From: an uncultured Gammaproteobacteria bacterium
GTDB taxonomy: Bacteria > Patescibacteriota > Microgenomatia > Levybacterales > UBA12049
DNA length: 64,000 nucleotides
Reading direction: 5' to 3'
Assembly: GCA_965230895.1 (NCBI GenBank)
Contig: OZ246394.1
Location: forward strand, 1,313,887-1,377,886
Below the pieces are notes generated by a model. That model saw only the letters and a program-made list of their open reading frames with translations, had not been told where the DNA came from and did no database searches. Both the position numbers and the translations under genes were made by a program. Below are positions 27,501-30,110 of this stretch, one piece after another. The stretch's first letter is position 1. Every line of letters starts with the position of its first letter.

Positions 27501-29897
27501 TTGGTTTGTGACATTGTCTCGGCAGACTGTTGTTGCAGTATTAAGCGTCGTATTAAGTACTGAAAGTTGCGTCTCACTGCCGAGAACGATACTTCCTGAT
27601 CCGGCAGAGAGGGTGAGCGCCTCATTTCCTGTGGTTGCGATATCAGTTGCAGCTCCAGTAAAGAGTAATCCACCTGCTCCGATTGTCTTGTTGGTGAGTG
27701 TCTGAGCTTGATTCTCGAAGACGATTGTATCGTTTGCGCTGAGTGATGGGATACTGACGATTCTTTGAGCTGCTTGCGCGTTAGCATTGAAGACTACGTT
27801 ATTGCCAGTTGGTCCAAGTGAGAGTTGATTACTGCTATCTGATAGGTGAGCTGAAGATCCATTAAGGATTCCAGAACAAGTGATGTTGCCTGACGCATTG
27901 GTGATTGTACAACCAGTTGCTGCTGCTCCGCCAGCTAAAGCGACATCACCAGCACCGTTGACTGAAAGAGCTGTCGCTCCAGTGTTTTCATTGGTTAATG
28001 AAAGAGTGTTATTGTCAACAACAATCGCATAATCATTTTCTCCTCCAACTCCTCCTGTTATATCTTCAAACCGTAATGATGGGTCAGTATTTGAAATAGT
28101 GATATCTCCATCTGAAGTTGCTGCACCAGAAAGGTAAAGGTTTCGGAATCGCTTTGTTGCAGATCCAAGATCATAAACAGCATCTGCATCAGGTCCGATA
28201 TTTCCACCCACTTCTACGAGAAAATCCCCTGAAGGGTTTGTGCCGATTCCTACGTTTCCATTTGGTATGAGGAGGTTTCCTCCTCCCGTATCCAGTTGGA
28301 GATTTCCACTGTTATCCGTGGCAATCGTCGGATCAGGCGAACCATTGCCAGCAGAGTAAAGGGTGAGACTGCCAGATGTTCCTCCCAATCCAGTATTGTT
28401 CGTACCGAGAGCGAGAGCTCCTGTTGCTGAGTTAAAGAAGAGCGTCGCGTTACCGATTGTTCCATTTCCTCCGAGGATAAAGTCGTTAGCAGTTGAAGTA
28501 GGGCGGATGTAGTCGCCATATGTTGAATCGTTATCAACGATGAATGGAGTAACACCTGCTGAAGTGATCGCATTGTCGAGATCTTCAAGTACTTGTTGTA
28601 AATTAGTTGAACTAGCATTTGCGAAACTATCGTAGACGCCGACTAAGTTTGCACCTGAAGTATTTGCATCTGAACCTTCTGCATCAAGCGCGATTGAAGA
28701 CCAAGCTGGAAGACCATTTACTACCTGGAGGATTTTTCCATCTGTATCTCCAATTGGAAGCGCATCTAATTCATTGTTTCCTGAAGCAAAAAGTATGTCA
28801 CCAGTATTATATGAAGTCATACCAGTGCCTCCGTTGGCAACTGAAACTGTGCCATTGATAGCGCCAGCATCAACTGAGCCTCCAGGACCAATCGTTATAT
28901 TATTAGAAACAGCAACGTCTGTTATACAAGAAGCACAAGTTCCTCGTGCAACAACATCTCCAAGGGTAGAGATATCACTTATTGTTAATCCATCAATAGC
29001 AATTCCGTCACCTGATTGAAGTTCTATTTCGCCAGTTTCACCTTGAAGTGATGTTACTGTTTCAGCCTCAGGAGGAAGCTCAACCGAAATAGTAGGGTTT
29101 TGCTTATCTCCTGAAAGGACAATATTGTCTCCAGCCACGATGCTGTAGAGGATATTTGGAGCTGTAAGATCGCCTGTGAATTCACCTGTACCACCAACCT
29201 TGAGATCCTTATCGATCGTCGTGTTCCCATCAACCTCAAGGTTCTTTTTCACAGAGACGTTTTCCTTGAAAATGACCGGCAAAGCGAATGTAACATTTCC
29301 CGCAAGTTTTACTTTACTCGTCTCAGCAGCTAAGACTTCGCCATCTTGCGCAGAAGCAGTCCTGTAGTCGGTTGTCTCAAAGAGGAATCTGAACTTGTCT
29401 TGATTGCTGATGCCCACAAGTCCCAAAACAAGCAAAATCGTTGTAGTAATTGCGAGAGTTTTTGTCGATGGGACATGGAATTTGAAGCTGAGAGAATCGG
29501 AGATTTGTGCCTTGATGTGGTCTTTGATGAAATCGTCTTCGTAAAACCCATTACCGATCCAGTTCACTAGCCTTCGGTAAAAATCCGCCTTGGCGATTTT
29601 GTCAGGTAGGGTAGCAGGCTCTGAAACTACCTTTGCCAACTCAGATTCCATCTGCCCTGATGGGGTATCTGAAGCGTTGACTACTTCACCTTGTGCAGCC
29701 AAGTTTGAAGCCTTTTGAATTTCGAGAAAGTTCTCAAGCTGTTCCTCCGTGTACCCAATCTGCCCGTCATGGGTAATCGTAGGTTTGAGAATGTGAAGCT
29801 GGTTCCATTTGAGCAGCGTGTCAGTTGAGACTGCTAGTCGTTTAGCAGCCTCTTGAAGAGTGAGCAATTTAGGAGTTTTTGGACGGGCAGAATCCAT
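1..29897 (-). CDS. Giant cell-surface repeat protein. It is partial: the C-terminal part continues beyond the window start. N-terminal HTH_17-like domain, one transmembrane helix, then at least 9,800 aa of ectodomain made of tandem beta-solenoid-like repeats.
   Basis: Start codon is the reverse complement of cat at 29895-29897, and the upstream in-frame stop is the reverse complement of tca at 29994-29996. I checked the reading frame by hand at the start, near 12000 and at positions 1-60, and it is the same frame with no stop encountered (codon top coordinates are congruent to 2 mod 3). All three plus-strand frames show long spurious ORFs, which is typical of the antisense of a stop-free gene. 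The translation reads MDSARPKTPKLLTLQEAAKRLAVSTDTLLKWNQLHILKP..., then a TM helix TLAITTTILLVLGLVGI, and ends at the window edge with ...DGSDNVVKCSAASNTLQSSY. Confidence 0.8.
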   Translation of the reverse strand, partial: MDSARPKTPKLLTLQEAAKRLAVSTDTLLKWNQLHILKPTITHDGQIGYTEEQLENFLEIQKASNLAAQGEVVNASDTPSGQMESELAKVVSEPATLPDKIAKADFYRRLVNWIGNGFYEDDFIKDHIKAQISDSLSFKFHVPSTKTLAITTTILLVLGLVGISNQDKFRFLFETTDYRTASAQDGEVLAAETSKVKLAGNVTFALPVIFKENVSVKKNLEVDGNTTIDKDLKVGGTGEFTGDLTAPNILYSIVAGDNIVLSGDKQNPTISVELPPEAETVTSLQGETGEIELQSGDGIAIDGLTISDISTLGDVVARGTCASCITDVAVSNNITIGPGGSVDAGAINGTVSVANGGTGMTSYNTGDILFASGNNELDALPIGDTDGKILQVVNGLPAWSSIALDAEGSDANTSGANLVGVYDSFANASSTNLQQVLEDLDNAITSAGVTPFIVDNDSTYGDYIRPTSTANDFILGGNGTIGNATLFFNSATGALALGTNNTGLGGTSGSLTLYSAGNGSPDPTIATDNSGNLQLDTGGGNLLIPNGNVGIGTNPSGDFLVEVGGNIGPDADAVYDLGSATKRFRNLYLSGAATSDGDITISNTDPSLRFEDITGGVGGENDYAIVVDNNTLSLTNENTGATALSVNGAGDVALAGGAAATGCTITNASGNITCSGILNGSSAHLSDSSNQLSLGPTGNNVVFNANAQAAQRIVSIPSLSANDTIVFENQAQTLTNKTIGAGGLLFTGAATDIATTGNEALTLSAGSGSIVLGSETQLSVLNTTLNTATTVCRDNVTNQLVQCPANAAAVTLQQAYNSGNTILTTDARDISFTLADTLTDDASFRLTNAGTDNAFVINDTNAATNIALAIQSGGVNTLTISENGTLSSLATSNQLVLGSGNTTTINSIAPSSSRIATLPALTSNDTFVFQNQTQTLSNKSLTDLTTYFVDDTDTSKRFIFDASQISTGTTRVLTVPDASGAICVTSGNCAGTGGVVGGQGNQYRLARFIDPGLASNIGDSNITDNGTVIGALSGVEIGDQSGTDTLTLNRVGNATVGSQTQNSNLVTFQGAYWNGSSSTNVGFSLQNQVTGTGPAYELSFQNNSGTEVASLGSTGQLTLAGPLQLTTLNTSLNTATTVCRDNVTNQLIQCPANAANVDLQQAYQAGNTISADDTFGDVDFTLANGSSRQFTLTNAGTGASAFVINDTNGANQLALDIQSNGTSTLTVNENGNLITTGTISSGSITTSGNIVLSGVSSTLTSGTNQNLTLSPNGTGEIVLGKTTQLSVLNTTTNSATTICRDDVTNQLVQCPANAAEVTLQQAYDAGNTIDTSDGRNISFNLAGGLTTPTSFEINNDGDATGLIITSAADGDGLLFNDTSLAVNNALVVQSNGVTNLTITEDGALTSTGNLSTSGNIATTGTGTITSAGLLTASNGLSVNNGTTISGGLDNTNGGIINAGAITGITNLTASGTIQGASLNATGAIQLNGADINTAGTLNNVAYLNQANVFTAGQTISTGGLSITAGGVTVAAGGANITGGINNNIGGITNAGAISGATTISSGAISTTGTLTFLGVSTDITSGTDQDITIDANGLGQTIINDLLQVPNLSATAGNTVVCRNAANQLSVCSSNALNVTLQQAYDAGNTITTTDNRNIAFVLADTATDSSFTIQNQGTANGVVINDTNAGNGSNGTALAIQSNGTNSLTIGENGNLVTTGTLTSQATTNQIILGSGNTTTISALASSAPRVATLPALSADDTFVFANQAQTLNNKTIGTTGLVFDNAALDITTGNNQDLTLEASASGEIILNDLVRVPTLSGNVGSTVVCRNSDNQLAICSSNALNVTLQQAYNAGNTITTTDGRDIAFTLADTATDASFTLTNAGTASAFVLDNTNGATGTAIDIRNNGSTTLTINELGTLSTTGNISTTGTGTITSAGLLTASNAFTVTTGTATFGGDIAANGNFTQSGANIFSTGTGNVSLNGNTSVTGTNTFSVGTGATTLGGSLGVTGATNLNSTLDVASLATFNGGVTVSNGQALNASGAATFAPSGTNDVVFNTDADSTVQFNGLQTTAGNALCIDGSNNLALCNGAPFGLQAAYNTGNTIVTTDARNISFTLADVATDTSFTLENQGAASAFIINDTNVGTPNKSLVLQSGGVETLSIDENGNLATSGNLSTTGTGAITSAGLLTASNGFTQTTGALNLTATSGALNLSGLSASSINTGVNNLLITSGNLNVTATGINGTAIGATTPSTAAFTTLSSTGNTTLASAGSFTAGNDANALTLNGSTITANLTDNATDALDIQEGTNNYFNIDTTDGAEVIALGNAATNPIFNFLGTGAATFGGDINANANFTQAGAGTFSTGTGAVSLNGATAVTGANTFTVGTGLTSLGGQLDVTDLATFNGGVNVVAGTNFNASGSAVFAPDDTNDILFETDNNSTITINGLQSTGGTTGTALCLDDDNVLGYCSGSPFGLQSAYDTGNTIVTTNNRSIDFTLSSGLTTATSFNLTNNGNATGFNVVNAGTGTAIVINDTNVGTANTALSIQSGGNPSLTIDEDGVLATIGSITANSDINANSGVLATNAGAASIFNTSATTINLGGDATTISIGAATGETTINNDLVVSGTFNSNGISNVGDGGDAVNINGTNVTLTANGASSTISNNIVNNLANAFSVTQGANNYISVNTTTGAQNIAFGNMTTNPTFSFNSTGLATFGGSIAVNGGDITTTASSVNLFNTNATSLNLGGDATSVNIGANTGTTTINNNGVLAGTLAINGGSLTSDDSTFNLLNAGVTTLNFGGAATTLSIGAATGTTTVNNALTITGNTTANGDFTANGAVLLQPSGTDGVTIVSDADSFLNLPGLTTPMTSNSTLCIDASDNVVKCPPSASTLQSAYDGGNTITTSDGRDISFTLADTATDSKFIITTATGSTGGTEFIRADGVGASDPNQMVLIDNADADRILPIGLRITSSGTSGVTTAIDVSDPTIVTAIALGANDISGTNFSVNGSNGNITSAGNVAVNGGSLTTTAGTGNVFNANVTTLNIGAAATSVNIGAASGTMTINNATLSLPNATAIDAGSAALTIDSVTIGGGYGSTGTTLTNTGNISANGNLIIDGTSTLTGNITSAGDLALNGGDLTTSATTFNLINATAATVNFAGAATTLNIGANTGTTTINNNLTVSDDLLVTGQTTLTPSGTNDIILNTDLDSGLYVTGLPTATGNLVCIDNGTDQITKCASNAISLQSAYDGGNTIETTNAKDIAFTLTDTATDANFVITTESGSTGSTQFIREDGNGTNDPTQLVLIDNADTDRVLPVGLTISSSGGGGITTGIDLSDPTIVTGISLGVSGIAGTNFSVDGATGSITSNGDLTLNGNDITTGTTGTATIFNTNATTLNIGGAATTYTLGATSGTGNIRGTTINFPNATALNASSALGSFDSLSVGGSYGSTGLSITNTGNLSANGNLTIDGTSTLTGNVTAGADLAVNGGDITTTAGTASIFNANATTLNIGNAATTLSIGANTGTTTVNNGLTVEGDLTANSNVVFNPAGTSSITFNTDNDSPLIITGLPTASGTLVCIDAGTSQVTKCAADAISLQSAYVGGNTITTTNNRDIAFTLADTATDSKFTITTADGATGGTEFVRADGSGTNDPAQLVLIDNADTDRVLPIGLKISSSGGGGITTALDVSDASIVTAIALGANDISGTNFSVAGGTGNITSGGDLALNGGDITTTSGTASIFNANATTLNIGSAATTISIGATTGTATIRNATVSFLGTTFNANSATASFDALNVGNGYGSTGLTVTNTGNVSANGNLIIDGTSTLTGDITSGGDLALNGGDITTSSTGIASLFNANATTLNIGGDATVVSIGDDTGLTTINNSLTVDNDLTANGTSTFTPAGTGNVTINTDTDSGFYVTGLDAAPNGLLVCVDNSTGQINKCASDAISLQSAYTGGNTINTTDGRDIAFTLANTATDANFTITTADGSTGFTSFTRANGAGTSDPTQLILVDNLDTDRAVAAGIKIQSAAGGITNALDLSDAEIVNALSLGANNVTATNFSIAGASGDITTSGDVAVNGGDITTTQTTGNLFNTNVTTLNLGGDATTINVGASTGTIAINNQTISLPNATAINAGGALATLDAANLGGGYGSTGVSISNAGTIQANGNLTIDGTSTLTGNITSAGDLALNGGDLTTTSPTFNLINANATTVNFAGAATTLSIGAGTGTTTVNNALTITGNTTANANFTANGQSTFNPSGTNGVNITTDADSFLNVSGLTTAAGDVVCIDGSNNVVKCADSSISLQSAYDAGNTINTTSGRNIAFNLSDDATDSNFIVTTATGSTGGTQFIRADGVGSNDPTQLVLIDNADSDQILPIGLTISSTGGGGITTALDVSDASIVTAIALGANDITGTNFSVDGSNGNITSAGNIAVNGGNITTTQSSANIFNSNATTLNIGGAATSLTIGATTGTANIRNATINFANATSFNAPNAAAQFSSIAVGGGYGDTGVTLSSAGNIQANGTLTVDGASTLTGNITSSGDLALNGGDITTTALTASLFNTNATTVNIGGAATVISLGAATGTTTVNNDLAVTGTGTFTGALTANDSFDANGQSTFSPAGTTGVTINTDGDSFLTLTGLTTPGVAGTTLCLDASDNVTKCGGATFSLQAAYNGGNTINTTDARDIAFTLTNTATDSNFTVTSATGSTGNVQFLRADGSGTNDPSELVLIQNLDTDRALPVGLRIAGVTGGDVTTAIDLSDANIVNAIDFGDNDIVGTQLSITGSTGQITTSGDIAVNGGDITTTSGTANVFNTDATTLNIGGAGTAITIGATTGTTTIRNATLSLPNATTINALQATANIDALNVGDGYGSTGATIANNGNIQTNGTLTVDGVSTLTGNVTAASDLAINGGDLTSSATTFNLLNAGVTTLNIGGAATSVNIGAGTGTTTVNNALNVTGLATFNGGATVPSGQTFTANGISTFTPDGSNDVTINTDSDSFLTITGLTTATGNLLCIDGSDNVTKCSAGSVSLQGAYNGGNTINTTNNRDISFTLADTGTDANFTITTATGATGGTQFLRADGVGTNNPDQLVLIQNLDADQALPVGLKIAGVTGGDVTTAIDLSDANIVTAIDLGANDIAGTNFSVDGSNGNITSAGDAAINGGDITTLATSANIFNTNATTLNIGGAATSLNLGAATGTATINNDTVVLSNATAFDALSALARIDSLEVGGGYGSTGATIANNGNISTNGTLTVDGISTLTGNTTVGGTLGVTGATTLSSTLAVTGNTTMTGDLAVNGGDITTSATTFNLINGTATTVNFAGAATNLTIGGTTGTATIRNDQVVLSNATAFDALGALARVDGLQVGGGYGATGVTVSNTGNIQANGNLTIDGTSTLTGNVTAAGDVAINGGDLTTNQTTFNLLNTNATTLNIGGVATNVNLGAGSGRTTLNNNLTANIVDNSADALDIQEGTNNYINVDTTDGAENISFGNSSTNPTYTFSGTGLATFASNIAVNGGTIQTSATTANVFNATATTLNVGGAATSLNLGATTGTATINNATLSLPNATAINAANALATIGSLSVGGGYGSTGVSVSGTGNIQANGTLTVDGTSTLTGDITSAGDLALNGGDLTTTAGSASLFNTNATTVNIGGAATVISLGAASGTTTVNNDLAVTGTGTFTGDLTANDAFTANGASTFSPASANDVVINTDTDSFLTVTGLQTVTGSLLCIDGSDNIVKCSQGSISLQSAYNGGNSITTTDNRNIAFNLADTTTDANFTVTTAAGSEGYSYFGLADGANTAPANQLVLIENADADDAVAAGLRIQSENGGITTALDVSDAEIVNALAIGANNITGTNFSVDGGNGNVTTSGNVAVNGGTLSTSATTANLFNTGATALNVGGAATTLNIGATTGTANIRNATVALPNATAFDALSALARVDGLQVGGGYGSTGVSISNTGNIQANGTLTVDGASTLTGNVTTAGDVAVNGGDLTTTAGTFNLVNANATAVNFAGAATSLSIGAATGTTTVNNALTATGLITANDGITVATGETLTANGQSTFNPDGTNGVTVNTDADSFLKVTGLTTATGQTVCIDGADNIVKCSAASITLQSAYDGGNTINTTDGRDISFNLTNTATDSNFSVTTAAGSTGSSYFGLADGANSTNPAQLVLIENADTDDALATGLRIQSAAGGITTALDVSDAEIGTALAFGANDITGTNFSVTGSNGNVTTSGTITATGNINANSGTLATTQATGNLFNATATTLNIGGAATTVNIGAASGTMTINNATLSLPNATAINAANAIATIDSSVLGGGYGSTGISLANNGDISANGNLIIDGTSTLTGDVTTAGDLAVDGGDITTSAGTASIFNTNATTLNIGGAATAISLGAGTGTTTVNNALTATGLATFNGGATVATGQTFTANGASTFSPSGTNDVTINTDTDSSLILTGLATATGNALCLDGSNAVTLCNGAPFGLQAAYNTGNTIATTDARDIAFTLANTTTDSNFTVTTAAGSTGYSYFGLANGTNTTSPSQLVLVENLDVNEALSTGIRIQSAAGGITTAIDLSDAEIVNALSLGANDVTATNFSINGGNGNITTAGDVTVNGGDVTTTNATASLFNANATTLNIGAAATAINIGASTGTMTINNETLSLPNATAINAANAALTIDSVAIGGGYGSTGVSISNAGTIQANGNLTIDGTSTLTGNVTTAGDVAVNGGDITTTAGTASLFNANATTLNIGGDATAITLGAGSGTTTLNNNLTANLVDNNADAFDIQEGSNNYININTTDGAENISFGNTTTNPTYSFLGTGAATFGGNVAVNGGSITTTATTANLLNANATTVNFAGAATTLNIGASTGTATINNATLSLPNATAINAASAVATLDSAVLGGGYGSTGVSISNAGNIQANGNLTIDGTSTLTGNVTTAGDVAVNGGDLTTTSGTFNLVNANATTLNIGGAATTLAIGANTGTMTINNATLSLPNATAINAGSAALTIDSLVVGGGYGSTGVSISNTGNIQANGNLTIDGTSTLTGNVTAAGDAAVNGGDITTTAGTASLFNTNATTVNIAGAATVVNLGSSTGTTNVNNDLLVDGTTTATGLATFNGGATVATGQTLTANGQSTFSPDGTNGVTINTDADSFLTLTGLTTPVSAGSQLCVDGSNNVTKCSGNTVTLQSAYNGGNTINTTDGRDLAFTLSDTTTDANFTVTTAAGSEGYSYFGLANGTNSAPAGQVILVENADSNEAIAAGIKIQAAAGGITNALDLSDADIVNALSLGANDVAATNFSIAGGTGNITTAGDVAVNGGDLTTTNATAALFNTNATTLNVGGAATTLNIGANTGTANINNATINFANAIAINAGSAALTIDSVTIGGGYGSTGTTLANNGNISANGNLIIDGTSTLTGDVTATGDIALNGGDLTTSATTFNLVNGNATTVNFAGAATALSIGSGTGTTNVNNNLLVDGTTTSTGLATFNGGATIASGQSFIANGGSTFSPNGTNDITINTDTDSLLTITGLQTLTGSALCIDGSNTVAVCSADSITLQSAYNGGNTINSTDGRDIAFTLENTTTDSNFTVTTATGSTGGSQFVRADGAGAADPTQLVLIQNQDVNRALPTALRIAGVSGGAVTTAIDLSDANIVNALSLGANDVAATNFSIDGSNGNITTSGTVTATGNINANSGTLATTQTTANLFNATATTLNVGGAATTVNIGAATGTMNLNNATVNLANATAFDALTALARVDGLQVGGGYGSTGVTISNAGNIQANGTLTVDGISTLTGNVTASGDVAINGGDLTTTAGTFNLVNANATTVNIAGAATAISLGAGTGTTNINNDLLVDGTTIATGLFTANGGATVATGQTFTANGQSTFSPNSTNDVVINTDTDSFLQVTGLTTATGSTLCVDGSDNVVKCSAASITLQSAYNGGNTISTTDARNIGFTLADTATDANFTITTADGSTGFTSFTRADGVGTNDPAQLILVDNEDTDRAVAAGIKIQAAAGGITNALDLSDADIVNALSLGANDVAATNFSIAGATGNISTSGTITATGNITTSGDVAVNGGDITTNASTFNIANGTATTVNVGGAATSLVLGASTGTATINNQTLSLPNATAINAGSATLAIDAVNVGNGYGSTGTTLSSNGNIQSNGNLTVDGTSTLTGDVTTAGNLAVNGGSITTNATTANLFNSTATTVNIGGAASTNFAGGYGSTGATIASNGDVSANGNLTIDGTSTLTGNVTTSGDIAVNGGDITSNQSTLNINAGGTVAIDDNITVTGTVSNSAGNLVLDDTTDIGSAAQGIRITPTGGISDIDGDLTLNDNTIVDGTLVVTGAISDSNSSLNLNDNTDVTGDFTVSGRTTLGSVTQGDGTLNVTGSQVGKALVILNETGDQNILTASASGTTVLNIGRTGNLQIEGSLSDLSENTLNVDDNLSITGNLSLTGTVSNSAGNLVLDDTTDIGSATTGLRVSTAGSISDIDGDVSIADNLNLNGTIANSGGNVVLDDIVDLGSATTGLRIATSGEITDIDGNVSINDTLDLSGNFAQSGAYTFTTGTGAVTLNGNTSVSGSNTFSVGTGLTSLGGAATITGTTTLNGALIANGTANFTNAAGITVGEDIASGTSNTPGAIKLISDGDNAYSTSFITGTQTEDITYTLPIDNGGTNYVLSTDGSGNLSWQSAAGVGAGTIVGVGNVLTGSAFTGNDSSAQKGNNLTFEGSTSVNDGNDITVTAVNPASSLTFTLPDLGTNGTFAFLEGSQTFTGSKTFNDIVLADAAIALTGGNTTLDITGGATRTLSLENSTGGQVANLDLTDGSLFTGSTSRLTNAGGLENITNYAQTAGNFDITGAGTFSTGTGAISLNGDTTLAANTDFTIAAGTGAVNFLNTSGISIGEDVAPGSSNTPGQFSVVSDGDNAYSTTFVASTQTENIIYTLPTDAGGTNYVLATDGNGVLSWQSASGVGAGTITGVGNVLTGSAFTGNDSSANKGNNLVFEGSTSTDDGNDITVTAVNPAASRTYTLPDLGTNGTFAFLEGTQTFTGAKTFADLSISDTNVAFTGGNTTLDITGGGTRTLSLENSTGGQVANLDLTDGSLFTGGTSRLTNAGALENITGYTQTAGNFAQSGSGTFSTGTGAVSLNGATSVTGANTFTVGTGLTSLGGQLGVASYATFSASLDVAGNTNLNAALNVDGATTLNDALSVDGVATFNNNIAQTGASTFSTGTGAVTLNGDTTLVSGKTLTTTGSFVANGQSTFTPSGTNDLVINTDTDSFLNITGLATATGTQLCIDASNNVTKCSAASSTLQGSYVGGNTIDTLDARDIAFTLTDTATDSNFTITTAAGSTGYTYFGLADGSNPSSPAQLQLIENLDVNEALTAGIRIQSAAGGITTAIDLSDSDIVTALALGANDVSATNFSITGSNGNIATAGQVTIGGGYGSTGTTLAANGDVSANGNLTVDGTSNLTGNVTTSGNVAVNGGSLTTTAGTANVFNTGATTVNFAGAATNVQIGAGTGSTTVNNAFNATGLATLNGGATIPTGQTLTANGTSTFSPNGTNDVTINTDTDSFLTLTGLTTPGTAGNALCLDASDNVTKCSASTFTLQGAYDGGNTLTTTDARNIEFTLTDTATDANFTITTADGSTGFTSFTRANGAGTTDPAQMILVDNQDTNRAVAAGIKIQAAAGGITNALDLSDAEIVNALSLGANDVTATNFSIAGGSGDITTAGDVAVNGGDITTTAATVNLFTTNATTLNVGSAATAVTIGAATGTTTINNATVNFANATSFTAPSAAATLNSLQVGGGYGSTGTTLSNAGDIQSNGNLTIDGTSTLTGNVTTAGDAAINGGDLTSSAGTFNLLNSGVTNLNIGGAATAISIGAGTGTTTVNNALTVTGLITANGGATIASGQTFTANGISTFSPNGTNDVTVNTDSDSFLVLTGLTTDLGTALCVDGSDNVVKCSAASNTLQSSY

Positions 29898-30110
29898 GTG
29901 TTTTACAAGATAAGTTCGAGAGCTAGAGGATTTAGGCTTATAAAAATATAAAACTCTAGCCTTATCTAACTTTATTATTATTAATATAGGTAGTCAAGTA
30001 GGAATTTACATGTTTCTTACGTTGAAAAGACTTAGAGTAAATTGCTCAACAATAGCCTGAGTAGGGAATTGATATATTTTGAAGCTTTATAGTGCGATTT
30101 TATATCATCA
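29898..30110 (-). promoter_or_regulatory. Probable promoter and 5' leader of the giant gene. It lies in a very AT-rich spacer.
   Basis: It sits directly upstream of the first in-frame ATG. The stretch 29940-29990 is extremely AT-rich (TATA-like runs). There is no obvious Shine-Dalgarno sequence. Confidence 0.3.
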
